64,000 nucleotides of DNA from NCBI GenBank assembly GCA_951406725.2, contig OX597821.1, positions 41,912,001 to 41,976,000 of the forward strand. Direction: 5' to 3'. A program made the position numbers and the translations under genes. Origin of the DNA: Octopus vulgaris. Lineage: Eukaryota. Shown here in pieces: positions 1-12,816 of this stretch (its first letter is position 1; the number at the start of each line of letters is the position of its first letter). A model generated the notes under the pieces. It ran no database searches. It was not told the DNA's origin and saw nothing but the letters and a program-made list of their open reading frames with translations.

Positions 1-124
1 TATCACTGAAATATCAAGTCGTTTGCTTCGCTACTGAGAGGTTCATCTAGGTCTGAGCTAGGTGATATTTGTTCTTCGATGTAGGCAGCAGTAGCACTGT
101 AAAATTGAAGTGTGTTTCATCCCA

Positions 125-295
125 TTATTTACATTATTTACATTTGACAGATATTTGTCTTCATCTTCTTTGTTGTTAACACAACGTTTCGGCTGATATA
201 CTCTCCAGCCTTCATCAAGTGTCTTGGGGGAAATTTCGAACCTGGGTTTTCATTCCTAAGGTATTTTTCGATGTTATTACCACTATACCATATAA
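125..295 (-). mobile_element. Inverted partial arm of the tRNA-head/hammerhead SINE (family H)
   Basis: Reverse complement of 390-545 (AATACCTTAGGAATG...CAGCCGAAACGTTGTGTTAACAACAA...AAATGTAAATAATG). Most of the tRNA head is deleted. Confidence 0.85.
178..223 (-). ncRNA. Minimal hammerhead ribozyme, core mutated (TTGATGA)
   Basis: Minus strand reads GACAC-TTGATGA-A-GGCTG...CAGCC-GAA-ACGT-T-GTGTT; C3 is changed to U with no compensation at G8. Confidence 0.65.
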
Positions 296-302
296 CCGTG
301 AG

Positions 303-575
303 TATGTGGCGTAGTGGTTAAGAGCGCGGGCAACTAACCCCAAGATTCCGGAGTTCGATCCCAGACAGGGACCTGAATAATAATAACAACAACACTGAAA
401 AATACCTTAGGAATGAAAACCCAGGTTCGAAATTTCCCCAAGACACCTGATGAAGGCTGGAGGGTATATCAGCCGAAACGTTGTGTTAACAACAAACAAG
501 ATGAAGACAAATATCCTTCAAATGTAAATAATGTAAATAATGTACATAATCCCTCATCACTTAAATATAGAACTG
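303..575 (+). mobile_element. tRNA-derived SINE carrying a hammerhead ribozyme (family H), copy 1
   Basis: A-box TGGCGTAGTGG, B-box GAGTTCGATCC, (AAT/AAC)n linker, HHR, 3' end ...TTAAATATAGAACTG. Homologous to 31686-31983 and 54491-54822. The composite with the inverted arm is flanked by GT(G/A)TGTTTCATCCCA (110-124, 575-589). Confidence 0.85.
442..487 (+). ncRNA. Minimal type-I hammerhead ribozyme (PLE-type)
   Basis: Helix I GACAC/GTGTT, core CTGATGA, helix II GGCTG/CAGCC, GAA, palindromic ACGT helix III, predicted GUU cleavage site. Confidence 0.85.
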
Positions 576-1209
576 TATGTTTCATCCCAGTTCTTATGAG
601 TGGATCTGTGCAGACGGAATATTTGTTGGAGTTCATTTGGTTGGCTGCCCATAGGGACCCATGTTTTCTCCTTTTCCTAAAATACCCTCACAGATCATGC
701 AAGGGTCACAGGTGCTTCCTCCTCCCCATACACACTTGCTCTGAATAAGTCATCAAACAGAAAATCCCACAATATTGATGTCGTTTCTTGTGGGGTCATT
801 TCTCATTTGAAACTTTACTTGAAGATCGAACCAAGAGGCTTATTGAACTGACAACCTCCACCATCAACATCACCCACCACCAGCCCCTCTACAACGTACC
901 TGAAAGTTGTAATTTTTAACTGCGGTTTCTCAGCACTGCGCTAATGTTATCGAGAATTGTTCATTCCATCGTAAACCGTCCTGTTTTCAAAACTAAATTT
1001 TCAAAGAATAATTTTGAAAGATCAAAAAAATTTTATCTTTATCACCAACTTTTGATGATTTATAGATTTCTGTCGATTCCGAATAATATTTATAGCAGCA
1101 GAAAAAATAGTCTGTATATTCAGGCCCTCTTCATCTGAGGCTCTAAGAATAGAACTTGGATTGGAATCTGTAAGTCATTTTAATATTTACCATGAAAAAA
1201 AAATATACA

Positions 1210-1373
1210 GGCGTAGGAGTGGCTGTGTGGTACGAAGCTTACTTCCCAGCCACATGGTTCTGGGTTCAGTCCCACTGCGTGGCACCTTGGGCAAGTGTGT
1301 CTTCTACTATAGCTTCGGACCAACCAAAGCCTTATGAGTGGATTTGGTAGACGGAAACTAAAAGAAGCCTGTC

Positions 1374-1459
<86 letters not shown>

Positions 1460-1640
1460 TGTATGTATGTATGCCGGTGTTTGTCCTCTCACCATCGACT
1501 GACAACTTTGCGGTTCGGCAAAGGTGTCCGATAGAATAAGTACTAGGCTTGCAAAGAATAAGTTCTGGGGTCGATTTGTTCGACAAAATGTAGTGCTCCA
1601 GCATGGCTGCAGTCAAATGACTGAAATAAGTATAAGAACA
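1210..1640 (+). mobile_element. tRNA-derived CORE-like SINE with internal microsatellite (family C)
   Basis: GGCGTAGGAGTGGCTGTGTGG head, GGTTCAGTCCC B-box, CACCTTGGGCAAGTG CORE-like motif, internal (TA)n/(TATG)n, conserved tail GCATGGCTGCAGTCAAATGACTGAAA. More than 10 copies in the window. Confidence 0.85.
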
Positions 1641-2316
1641 AATAAAAGAAGATAAAAAAAATACATGAAAAACAAAACAAAAAAAATGCGTTGGAAAACG
1701 CTAGCTGCTGTTCACTTGGCATCATTTCTTATCGACAATAACCTCGCGATGATCTTCTTAAAGACCTCGTTTTGGATGTCTTTGAAGAAATTAAAGCTAG
1801 CTAAACGTGGCCCATTAGGCGTGGTGAGACTGTCTGTATTTTAAGTTTACTACAGAGAAACGGGGAAATTTATCGTAGACAAGAACTGATATGAGAGAAA
1901 CAACAAACCGATGATAGAGAGAGATAAGTTAAGAAAAAAAACGTGTCTGCAAACATTGCCCTGGAAAACAAAGTGGAGATCAACATTAAACCATGATACC
2001 TGATCAAACGCTTGAATAGCTTTTCATAAAATTTTACACCTTGTTTCTGTTACGTTGCGATAAAACAACAGCATGCGAGCCAAGTATTTGTAAACGTTAT
2101 CAACCCTCTATCAGGAGAATATTGTCTGTGAGACGGGAAGCCAATCTTGCAGGAATAACAAAAAAAAAGGAAAATAATAATGTCCATTCATCTGGTGGGA
2201 TCATTATTCTATTTCAAATACTTCTTATAAAAAAAAAAAGATATCAGTTCAAGTACTGGGACCAAATACAGGAATTGTTGTCAGAAGGGGAATGGGAAAT
2301 AGGAAAACTGAATACA

Positions 2317-2705
2317 GGTGAAAGAATGGCTTTATTTTATGAAGCTTGCTTCCCAACCATATGGTTTGGGGTTCAGTCCCACAACGTTGCACCTGGGGCA
2401 AGTGTCTTCTACTATAGCCTCAGGCCGACCAAAGCCTTGTGAGTGGATTTGGTGGGCAGAAACTGAAAGAGACCAGTCGTGTGTGTGTGTCCCCTCGCGT
2501 ATATGTTTTTGCCCCACCACCGCATGACAACTGGTGCAGGTGTGTTTATGTCCCCATAACTTAGCGGTTCGGCAAAAAAGACCGATAGAATAAGTACTAG
2601 GCTTTAAAAAAAACAGGTACTAAGGTCGATTCATTCGACTAAAAATTCTTCAAGGCGATGCCCCAGCATGGCCGCAGTCTAATGAGTGAAGCAAGTAAAA
2701 GATAA
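2317..2705 (+). mobile_element. SINE family C copy
   Basis: Same head, CORE-like and tail motifs as 1210-1640. Confidence 0.8.
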
Positions 2706-2790
2706 AAAAATGTGTTTCATAAAAAACGCTGAAAAAGAACCGGAAAAAAAAAACGTTTTGCATATTGTGTCTATCTTTAATTTGCCCAAG

Positions 2791-3028
2791 ATGCTGTACT
2801 CTTTCACCACAACTTTCTCTCACTCTTACTTCCTGTTTCTGTTGTACCTGTATTTCAAAGGGGCAGCCTTGTCACTCTCTGTGTCACGCTGAATATCCCC
2901 GAGAACTGCGTTAAGGGTGTACGTGTCTGTGGAGTGCTCAGCCACTTACACGTTAATTTCACGAGCAGGCTGTTCCGTTGATTCGGATCAACCGGAACCC
3001 TCGTTGTCGTAACCGACGGAGTGCTTCC
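2791..3028 (+). mobile_element. 5'-truncated tRNA-Arg-like SINE (family B)
   Basis: Matches the 3' two-thirds of 57404-57790. Confidence 0.8.
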
Positions 3029-3096
3029 TTTTCCTATCTTTAATGAAAACAGACAGCGAGGAGTTCGCTTTTGGCAGAAGGAACGTTTAACATATA

Positions 3097-3324
3097 TTTC
3101 TTTACTACCCACAAGGGGTTAAACATAGCGGGAACAAACAAGGACAGACAAAAGGATTAAGTCGATTACATCGACCCCAGTGCGAAACTGGTACTTTATC
3201 GACCCCGAAAGGATGAAAGGTAAAGTCGACCTCGGCGCAATTTGAACTCAGAACGTAACGACAGACGAAATACCGCTAAGCATTTCGCCCGGCGCGCTAA
3301 CGTTTCTGCCAGCTAACCGCCTTA
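3097..3324 (-). mobile_element. tRNA-derived SINE with Meta-domain-like core (family A), monomer
   Basis: Minus strand has GTCGACTTTACCTTTCATCCTTTCGGGGTCGATAAAGTACC, resembling the MetaSINE central domain. 15-bp TSD AACGTTTAACATATA (3082-3096, 3325-3339). Confidence 0.85.
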
Positions 3325-4379
3325 AACGTTTAACATATAAGGTGTATACGGAATGGTTTACAATAGTTAATAAAATGGATGGGATGGGATGGTCATGTGT
3401 CGCCTTTGGAAATAAATCTGTTTGATCAAGGAAGATAAACAACTGCAATGAATAAGGAGCAAGTGAGAGATATATAAAGGTCTACCTCGCGAATGTCAGA
3501 CAACATTCAACATTGCGAATATTAAGTGGGTAATGAGGTGTTCTCATTAAGTTAGCTGATAACCCAAGTCAACCATCGCAATCAATATTATATTAAGATA
3601 TTATTACAACCAGTTGTGAGAATAATTGTCAGAGCAGATGTTTTTATACGACATTCCTATTGCTATGTTAACAATGGCCGACATGTAATGAGATATTAAC
3701 AAGGAAAAGAAAACAAAACGACAAGAAACGAGAGAAATCAGTGAGCCGAGCTGGTGGTGTGAATTTAGACATATTGCCTGGAACATGCAATCATTACTCA
3801 CATGGAAACAACAGGCAAAGAGAAAGCAAGGAAGCAGGAAATCGAAATAAATTTACTTACGCTGTGCATCATGTCGGGTGATTGTCTCCACATTTACTTC
3901 AGTCACAGAGCTTTGTAAAAAACAAAAATGTTTTATGTCAAAAATAAACGAGAAATTTCATCTCCGTAGAAATATAAAAAACTGTTTGTGAATGTTTAGT
4001 AAAGTCGATGAAATAATTGCTTCATCGGCTCTCAGGAGATAATTACATTTATTGAAATGTATGTGTCTGTGTATTTAGGTGTTTGTGTTTAACATGGCTA
4101 AATCATTGCCTCATGCGGGGGGTGGGGGTATGTGTATGCGTGTATTTAGTTACAATATATTTTCCGTGTCCATACATCGTGTCCTTTTCTTTAATTGTTT
4201 GCAGTAATTCTTGCTATTAAGTATGACTGGATGAAAATATTTCCAGGTCGTAATCCAGGAGAAACCTGAAAAGAAATGAAAAAAATATTTTAATTAAATA
4301 TTTAATCCGGATACATAAAAAGTTTTTTTATCATCACCATCAATTTAAAGCAGTGCGTCGGTACAAAGGGTTGTAGAAA

Positions 4380-4720
4380 GCACAAGCATAGCTTTGTGGT
4401 TGAGAAACACGCTTTGCAACCACGTGGCTTCAAGTTCAATCCCACTGCATGGCACCTAGGAAAAGTGTCTTCTACTATGGCGCCGGGTCGTCCAATGCCT
4501 TGTGAGAATTTGTTAGATGGAAACTGAAAGAAGCCCGTCGTATATGTATGTGTGTGTGTGGTCACCGCTTGACGACTGGTTTTGATTTATTTATGTCCCA
4601 TAACTGAGCAGTTCAGCAAAAGAGTCCGATAGAATAAGCAGTAGACTTTAAAAAAAAAAGTACCCCAGTGTGGCCGCAGTCCAAACACTGAAACAAATAG
4701 AAAGCACTGAAACAAATAAA
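4380..4720 (+). mobile_element. Degenerate SINE family C copy
   Basis: Recognisable B-box, CORE-like and tail motifs. Confidence 0.7.
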
Positions 4721-4987
4721 AGCAGTGGAAGAAATACTTGGCACTATTTCTGCTTCGTTGTATTCTTGGTTTCAAGTGATTCCTTGGATCGATCTTGAGT
4801 CTCACCTTGCTGAACATGAAAGATTACAGGTGATAGTCATAAGTTAAAACAAAGGTTTGGGACCGAAACTAAGACAGATTTCGAACAGCTTGGACACGGT
4901 ACCCAAATCAAAGCACGTTCTTTTATACTTTTCTTCTGTTCTATTACTTGTGTAGAACGACCTGCTGTGCTTACTCTGGATCGTGTG

Positions 4988-5848
<861 letters not shown>

Positions 5849-6473
5849 GAATATCTGCTTCATTTTGCAAAGATTTCGTTTTTCACCCACGAAAACAAAT
5901 CTGTAGTAACACTTTTACCATAATTTACAAACCACAAAAAAAAAAAAAACTGATAAACGTCACTTCTGCTTCATACAGTTTCCTTTCATATTAACCTATT
6001 TTATTTTATTTTTTTCAATAAAAAAACATTTCTGACGCCTTCAGAAATTTTCCATTTGTGATGATTCTCAGGTTCGACTACTTTTCAAATATTGGAAATT
6101 GAATCTAGGGTTATCGGAGGTGTACATCTGACATTACCTGATGTAAAGTGGTAAACAGATTCCAGACATTGGAAAACCATACAAAGACTATTGGGAAGTC
6201 CTCACTAGGGTGAAGAACTAACTTACTGGACCAGCTATGAGCAATCAACTAGAATGACACACCAATATAGAAATAAAAAAATAAACATAGATCATGTCAG
6301 TGACCAGGTTGCAGTTCACGCGACGAAATTTTTAACACCTAGTAAGGAACTTTAAGTAAATTTAATAGTCTATATTTTCGAAATGGTTCGTATGCGTCTT
6401 TCACTCTGCAATTAAATCGCAGATTATCAAAGGCACGAAGAACATGCTTGTGTTGGTTATAATAAATCTCGAC

Positions 6474-7073
6474 TAAGGCGGCGAGCTGGCAGAAACGTTA
6501 GCACGCCGGGCGAAATGCTTTGCTGTATTTCGCCTGCCGCTACGTTCTGAGTTCAAATTCCGCCGAGGTCGACTTTGCCTTTCATCCTTTCGGGGTCGAT
6601 TAAATAAGTACCATTTACGCACTGGGGTCGATGTAATCGACTTAATCCGTTTGTCTGTCCTTGTTTGTCCCCTGTGTTTAGCCCCTTGTGGGTAGTAAAG
6701 AAATAGGTATTTCGTCTGCCGTTACGTTCTGAGTTCAAATTCCGCCGAGGTCGACTTTGCCTTTCATCCTTTCGGGGTCGATTAAATAAGTACCATTTAC
6801 GCACTGGGGTCGATGTAATCGACTTAATCCGTTTGTCTGACCTTGTTTGTCCCCTCTGTGTTTAGCTCCTTGTGGGTAGTAAAGAAATAGGTATTTCGTC
6901 TGCCGTTACGTTCTGAGTTCAAATTCCGCCGAGGTCGACTTTGCCTTTCATCCTTTCGGGGTCGATAAATTAAGTACCAGTTACGCACCGGGGTCGATAT
7001 AATCGACTTAATCCGTTTGTCTGTCCTTGTTTGTCCCCTCTGTGTTTAGCCCCTTGTGGGCAATAAAGAAATA
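6474..7073 (+). mobile_element. SINE family A head-to-tail trimer
   Basis: One full head plus two internal units of about 184 bp starting at 6706 and 6890. Single 16-bp TSD TATAATAAATCTCGAC (6458-6473, 7074-7089). Confidence 0.9.
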
Positions 7074-7231
7074 TATAATAAATCTCGACCAACCAGAAGA
7101 AAAAAAAACTGATCTTGCAGTCCAGTTGTCGTTCGTTTTTTGTTGGTATATTTTCTTTTTTCACATATTTTGTTTTTAGTGAGAATTTCGCTAAAGTCAA
7201 CTTTGTCTTCTGTCACCAGTTGAAGAAAATT

Positions 7232-7562
7232 CCTCTTAGAAGACTCCGCCGGTTACGACGACGAGGGTCCCAGCTGATACGATCAACGGAACAGCTTGCT
7301 CGTGAAATTAACGTGCAAATGGCTGAGCATTCCACAGACAGGTGTACCCTTAACGTAGTTCTCGGGGATAATCAGCGTGACACAGAGAGTGACAAGGCTG
7401 ACCCTTTGAAGTACAAGTACAACTCATTTTTGCCAGCTGAGTGGACTGGAGCAACGTGAAATAAAGTGTCTTGCTCAAGGACACAACGCGTCGCCGGGAA
7501 TCGAACTCACAACCTTACGATCATGAGCCGAATGCCCTAACCACTAAGCCACGCGCCCTCAC
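7232..7562 (-). mobile_element. tRNA-derived SINE sharing the family B 3' tail (family B2)
   Basis: Head GGCGCGTGGCTTAGTGGTTAGGG...GAGTTCGATTCCC, then TGTCCTTGAGCAAGACACT and the family B tail. 11-bp TSD TGAAGAAAATT (7221-7231, 7563-7573). Confidence 0.85.
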
Positions 7563-7905
7563 TGAAGAAAATTAGATAAACATCGTCATTATGGCGTCTG
7601 TTAGGCTTATGACAAGTCATGTCATCTCACCCTTGGTTAACAAACGATGAAATATCACCACGAAGTCGTGATTTTACCGAAAATTTTACAAAATACCAAC
7701 AATAAAAAGGTATTTATAAATATCCTTTTACCAGCCACCTGTATTTGTCATGTCTCACCTTTACGTTTTAATTTTTGCTTGTTTAAAAAGATGTCTGCCA
7801 CGACATTGTTTAAAGAAACAATAACTAAATACGATTGATAGAGTTCAGTACCGCATAACGTCAGTAATTCTCCAATTAGAGGCACTCCTTACGTCATTAT
7901 TTACA

Positions 7906-8260
7906 GGCGCGTGGCCTAGTGGTTAGGGTGTTATAGTCATGATAACCAGATCGTAGGTTCGATTCCCGGATTGAGCGGTGTGTTGTGTTCCTGAGCAAAA
8001 CACTTCATTTCACGTTGCTCTAGTGCCATGCGGAGACCGGCATGCCAAAGAATAAATCCAACGTTTCCTCTGTGTGTCGTAAGAGGAGACTAAAAGATAT
8101 TGACTTTGCACTCCGACCTCGTAAAACCTTCGCCAGCAGCGTCTAACCAAAATAGACCCAAGGATTGGAGAATAGTTTCCTGGGTGGTGCAAAGATGTAA
8201 TCCGCCAGGAATAGGCGCTGTTGCAGCGCATGCCTCCATACTGCTACTACTACTACTTAC
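7906..8260 (+). mobile_element. SINE B2-type head joined to a different body ending in (CTA)n
   Basis: tRNA head 7906-8020. The body contains TGTCGTAAGAGGAGACTAAA, similar to RTE-5'UTR-derived motifs (from memory, unverified). Short (CTA)n tail. Confidence 0.45.
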
Positions 8261-10411
8261 GCCACGGGGGGAGCCTCAGTGTGACTGCACGGCATGATAG
8301 AAATAGCACCAAATCTCTCTTCAAAGTTACACATCCTACAGGGTCAAGTTCAAATAATGTGGCCAGGTATCATTATGTTTGAAAACAAGACGGGATGGAC
8401 ACGGTTGAAATGTATTTGATCGTAAATCAACCCCATCAAGTCTGACCTAGAGATAAAAAAAAAATACAGCAGCATAACATGGACATCACAACGTCCTCTT
8501 TCACAAAGCTGAAACTTCGTACCATACTCGCAAAGCAAAATATATTGTCCTTTTGTGTCAATTATTTTAAATATTTAGACATATCCATTAATGGGTGATT
8601 ACACTTGTTGACTGTAAGAAAGATATTGTCTGTCTTCTAAGGAATAAAGAGCAGAATGGCTCCTGCTTAGAACACTTTCGTGGTTTGACAGCAGAAGCAG
8701 AGGAATATCTTCGTGGAAAGAACATTAGTTTATCTGGTATAAAATTTCCAGAGGTGCTCTGGAATTGCATCAGTGGCCAGGTCGCAGAGGCGCGACGAAA
8801 TTTTTACATCTCATGAAATGAATTTAAAATAATTTTAACAGTTTATTAGTTGTGTGTTATTATTAAATTGTTCGCCCATGCTGGAGTTGCTTGTGTCGAC
8901 GCACTGTTTCAGATCAAGTCATTTTGCTAGACAAGTGAGAAAGTAGTGTCTCAAGAGGGCTGATTACCCTGTTTCAATTCCGGTTGTATACGTAACCGAG
9001 GAGGTCATTATTATCCCCTGAATGGAACGAACGCCAGTCCGTCGCGGGGTTTACAGCTGAAAGGACCAACGTGAAACGAAGTTTTTTTTACTCAAGAACA
9101 CAATTCACTGCTCGACCCGGGAATCGAAACCTCTATCTTATGATCGTGAGAGCAACACCCTAAGCACCTAGTTCAACTCTAAAAATTTCCAAATGATTCC
9201 TTGATATTTCCAACGTTTCCATAAACTAAAACAAACACATTGAATAAAACGCCATTCTCAGAAACACAATGAAACTATTGTAACAATTTTGCACTCAAAA
9301 ACTCCAGTTGCTAGAGTAATGCCGAGCCCACTTGACATTCAACGTTCATGTGATGACTATTTTCAGTCAAGTGGCTTTGATACCCTGCAGTAACAAGATA
9401 AGAACTGTAAACCTTTCCGCTGGTGTCTTATCAATGCAGCCACAGGCAACTCTCCTTCAGCTGTTTCAGCCTGTAGCTTACCGAGTGGTTGGCCACGTTG
9501 ACAAGAGACACCAGTTGAGCGCGGTTAGGGTTTTGTACCTTCTAATGGTCAATGAGTAGTGAACAGGACAGATCTACACGTTTGGCTCTTGAACAGCCGA
9601 GTTTACTTACCTCTAAGAAGACGTCACAGAATTAATATAATTCGCCGATCTATGGCAGGAGAAGCACTCTAGAATTGATGAGTGTTTCGCTCTTTACGAG
9701 AAAAGCTACATGTAAACACACACACATACACACACACACATACACACACACACACGCACGCACGCGAATTTCAACTTTTGATATAATAAATACATATCTA
9801 TCCGCCCAATCCCATGTATTGCGTTCTACATGAGATAATGTTTGCACTATGTAAAGTAGGTTTTATATGCTTAACTCTTGCATTAATATATATACACACG
9901 AGAGAGAGAGAGGGGGGAGAGAGACAGAGAGAGAGAGAAAGGGAGAGACAGAGAGAAAGAAAGAGAGAGAGAGCATTGCTAGGCGCGCACATCTCGCACG
10001 CGAGCAAATATCGAAATACTATGCTTATAAGATCCGTGAATGATTTTTTTTCCACGCACCACTGGCGGAATCATGAACGATCTCTTATTGCACTGGCCCA
10101 AGGTACCATTTAGTTCCAAACCAAACGTTGTAATATATGAATATCAATCACATACTCTGAGTGTGCGCACGCCTTCAAGTGAGACTATTCAAATTCGTAA
10201 ACAAAACAGAAATGAGGTCACTGTGTTCCAGCAAGGAACCCAAGCTACATTCCAGCTCAATCGTAGCTCCTAGAATATAATGCATTCTAGTAAATATATC
10301 ATATTCTTTGTTTAATATGCAGTTTAGGGAATTATAAACTGAAAGTAAGTTGACCCAGAAGTGACGAGAGTGATATTCGATAATCCTATATAAACAACCT
10401 ATGACGTAATC

Positions 10412-10450
10412 AATATATATATATACATATATATATACATATATATATAC

Positions 10451-10513
<63 letters not shown>

Positions 10514-10785
10514 TATATAAAATATATATATACATATATATATAAAAATATATATATATATATATATATAAATATATATATACATATATATATACATATA
10601 TATATATATACATATATATATATACATATATATATACATATATATATACACATATACATACACATATACATACACATATATATATAGACATATATATATA
10701 CACATATATATACACATATATATATACACATATATATACACATATATATATACACATATATATACACATATATACATATATAATA
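10412..10785. repeat. (TA)n/(TATACA)n compound microsatellite
   Basis: Direct inspection. Confidence 0.95.
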
Positions 10786-10960
10786 TATTAATAAATAAAA
10801 TAAAACATATGCATATATATAAACATATATGTACGTACCTACCTCTACATGTACATATACACTCATATATGAGTACAGGACGCCAAAAAGACGTCGAACA
10901 CAATGAGAAACGAAAACAGACACAAACCAAAGGAACCGGACATTTATTTAAAAACAGCAA
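10785..10960 (-). mobile_element. Repeat family F 3' end (pLTR-like), embedded in (TA)n
   Basis: Near-identical to the reverse complement of 15309-15485; more diverged from 14625-14810. Confidence 0.7.
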
Positions 10961-10967
10961 TATATAT

Positions 10968-11031
<64 letters not shown>

Positions 11032-11602
11032 TATTTATGTATTGGTTTATGTCTATCGCTGTTTGAGTTGCATAATAGTGGTTTTATCTCTAATTCATAT
11101 TTTATATTTTATATATTTATACTGTGAAATTTGATTTAATACTAAATTGAATTTTTCCCTATAAGTTTGGAGTTATACTCCCTAATATTATTATCATTAT
11201 ATATATATATATATATATATAACGTAAATGGACAGGAACAATACCAACACATCCTGTCGGTTCTTTCAGTGCGGCTCAGAAGTTGTTGCATTGCTCACAT
11301 GTAGCTGTGTTGGCAATCATGCGTCGACATACAAGCAACCGAACTGCCTTTCTCAATGGCGTCGTTCTATGCAAGCTATAAATACGTTGAGACGGTGGAC
11401 TTTCTGAAATGCTTGAAGATATCACTAATAGGTACTAATACAAGCAGGTACCAATGGATGCGACGTAATAAGGAAGTCATGTTAATAAAAATTAAGGGGT
11501 TTCACCAATTCTCTTGACAACCGATGCTGGTATGTTTACGTCAAGAGATGTTAGGGGGGGGGACAAACACAGACACACATACATATGCATATATATACAC
11601 AT

Positions 11603-12758
11603 GTGACATCCACCTTGCGAACGACACACCGGTCTCACGCCATTTCCGCTCCACCGGTCACTCCTTGCAACACCTATCTGTGTTCGGTTTGTCCTTACAC
11701 AGAGGCCATCCGGATTCCCGTTTGCGCCGTGAACAGGAATTAATCTTCTCTCTTCGCTCTTATACGCCATTTGGTCTCAACTCTCCCCCCTCCTCATCTA
11801 ACCCCCCTCTCCCCCCTCCTCACCTATCCTTTCTCCCCCCGACCCCTACTTCTACAGTCCTTCATCCTTTCACCCCTACTCCCCTTCCCTTCTTCCCTCT
11901 TTCTCCCTCCCTCTTCCCCTTCCCTCTGCTCCCTCACTCCCTCTCTCCCTCTTTCCTCCTTCATCCCCCTCCTCCCCTTCCTTCTCCCCCATCCTCTCCT
12001 CTTCCCCCTTCTCCTCCCCCTCTTCTTCCCCCTCGCCTTCTCTCCCCCTCTTCTCCCCTCCCCCTCTTCTCCTCACTACACCACATGACTTTACACATCA
12101 CATCACATATGATGTGCCATACTAATACACACACCAACTAATACATACTAATACGTACTAATACATACCAGTACATACTAATACTTACACCAACCCTATA
12201 CATACACACGTCCAGACCCCGCATACGCACTTATACTCTCTCACACACACACACACACACCTATACATACCAATACGTACTAATACATACTAATACATAC
12301 TAATACATACACCAACCCCATACATACGCACGTCCAGACCAATCTTACGCACTAATACTCTCTCATACACACACACACACACACACCCTTATACATACTA
12401 ATACATACACCAACCCTATACATACACACATCCAGACCCCTCCCACGCACTTTTAGCTGGTCCCTCAACCCTTTTATCAACCCTATTATCTCCCCTTATT
12501 TCGCTCTCGCGTCTCATGTTTGATCTTTGACCTCTGGCCGAAATCAGATCGCCATGTTGATTCGTTAGCTACTGCACGCATTTTTTTTCTCTCCTTCTTT
12601 CTGTGTTTTTCTCTCTCTGTGTATCTTTCTGTTGAAGAGCGTAGGCTCGAAACGTTAAAGACTTGTTTTATTTATATTTCCTGAGCGCCATACTAATACA
12701 ATTGTTCGTTTGTTTTCCACCTGCCTTCGTCTTTTGTCTATTTTCATAAAGCTTCCCG

Positions 12759-12761
<3 letters not shown>
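11603..12761 (+). mobile_element. 5'-truncated Penelope-like element: GIY-YIG C-terminus plus pLTR with HHR
   Basis: Encodes [19 protein letters not shown]...RLRREQELIFSLRSYTPFGLN. Nearly identical to 39926-41095 and ends in (TA)n. Confidence 0.85.
12624..12661 (+). ncRNA. Hammerhead ribozyme variant (CTGTTGA core)
   Basis: TCTTT-CTGTTGA-A-GAGC(GTAG)GCTC-GAA-ACGT-T-AAAGA; all three helices pair. Confidence 0.7.
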
Positions 12762-12812
<51 letters not shown>

Positions 12813-12816
12813 GCAC

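Noticed and set aside
303-374. Possible tRNA genes (also at 34761, 54491, 57404)
   Set aside because: Acceptor stems are poor, and each continues into a repeated body, so these are SINE heads.
413-748. ORF MKTQVRNFPKTPDEGWRVYQPKRC..., repeated at 54585-55292
   Set aside because: The similarity comes from the shared SINE H body (the HHR sequence); there is no protein-like signal.
6524-7073. CRISPR-like or satellite array
   Set aside because: Units are whole SINE bodies without unique spacers; eukaryotic context with no cas genes.
8595-8816. Protein-looking 73-aa ORF as a host exon
   Set aside because: No recognisable domain, and an in-frame stop lies between the nearest AG acceptor and the ORF. 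It needs BLASTX or RNA-seq support.
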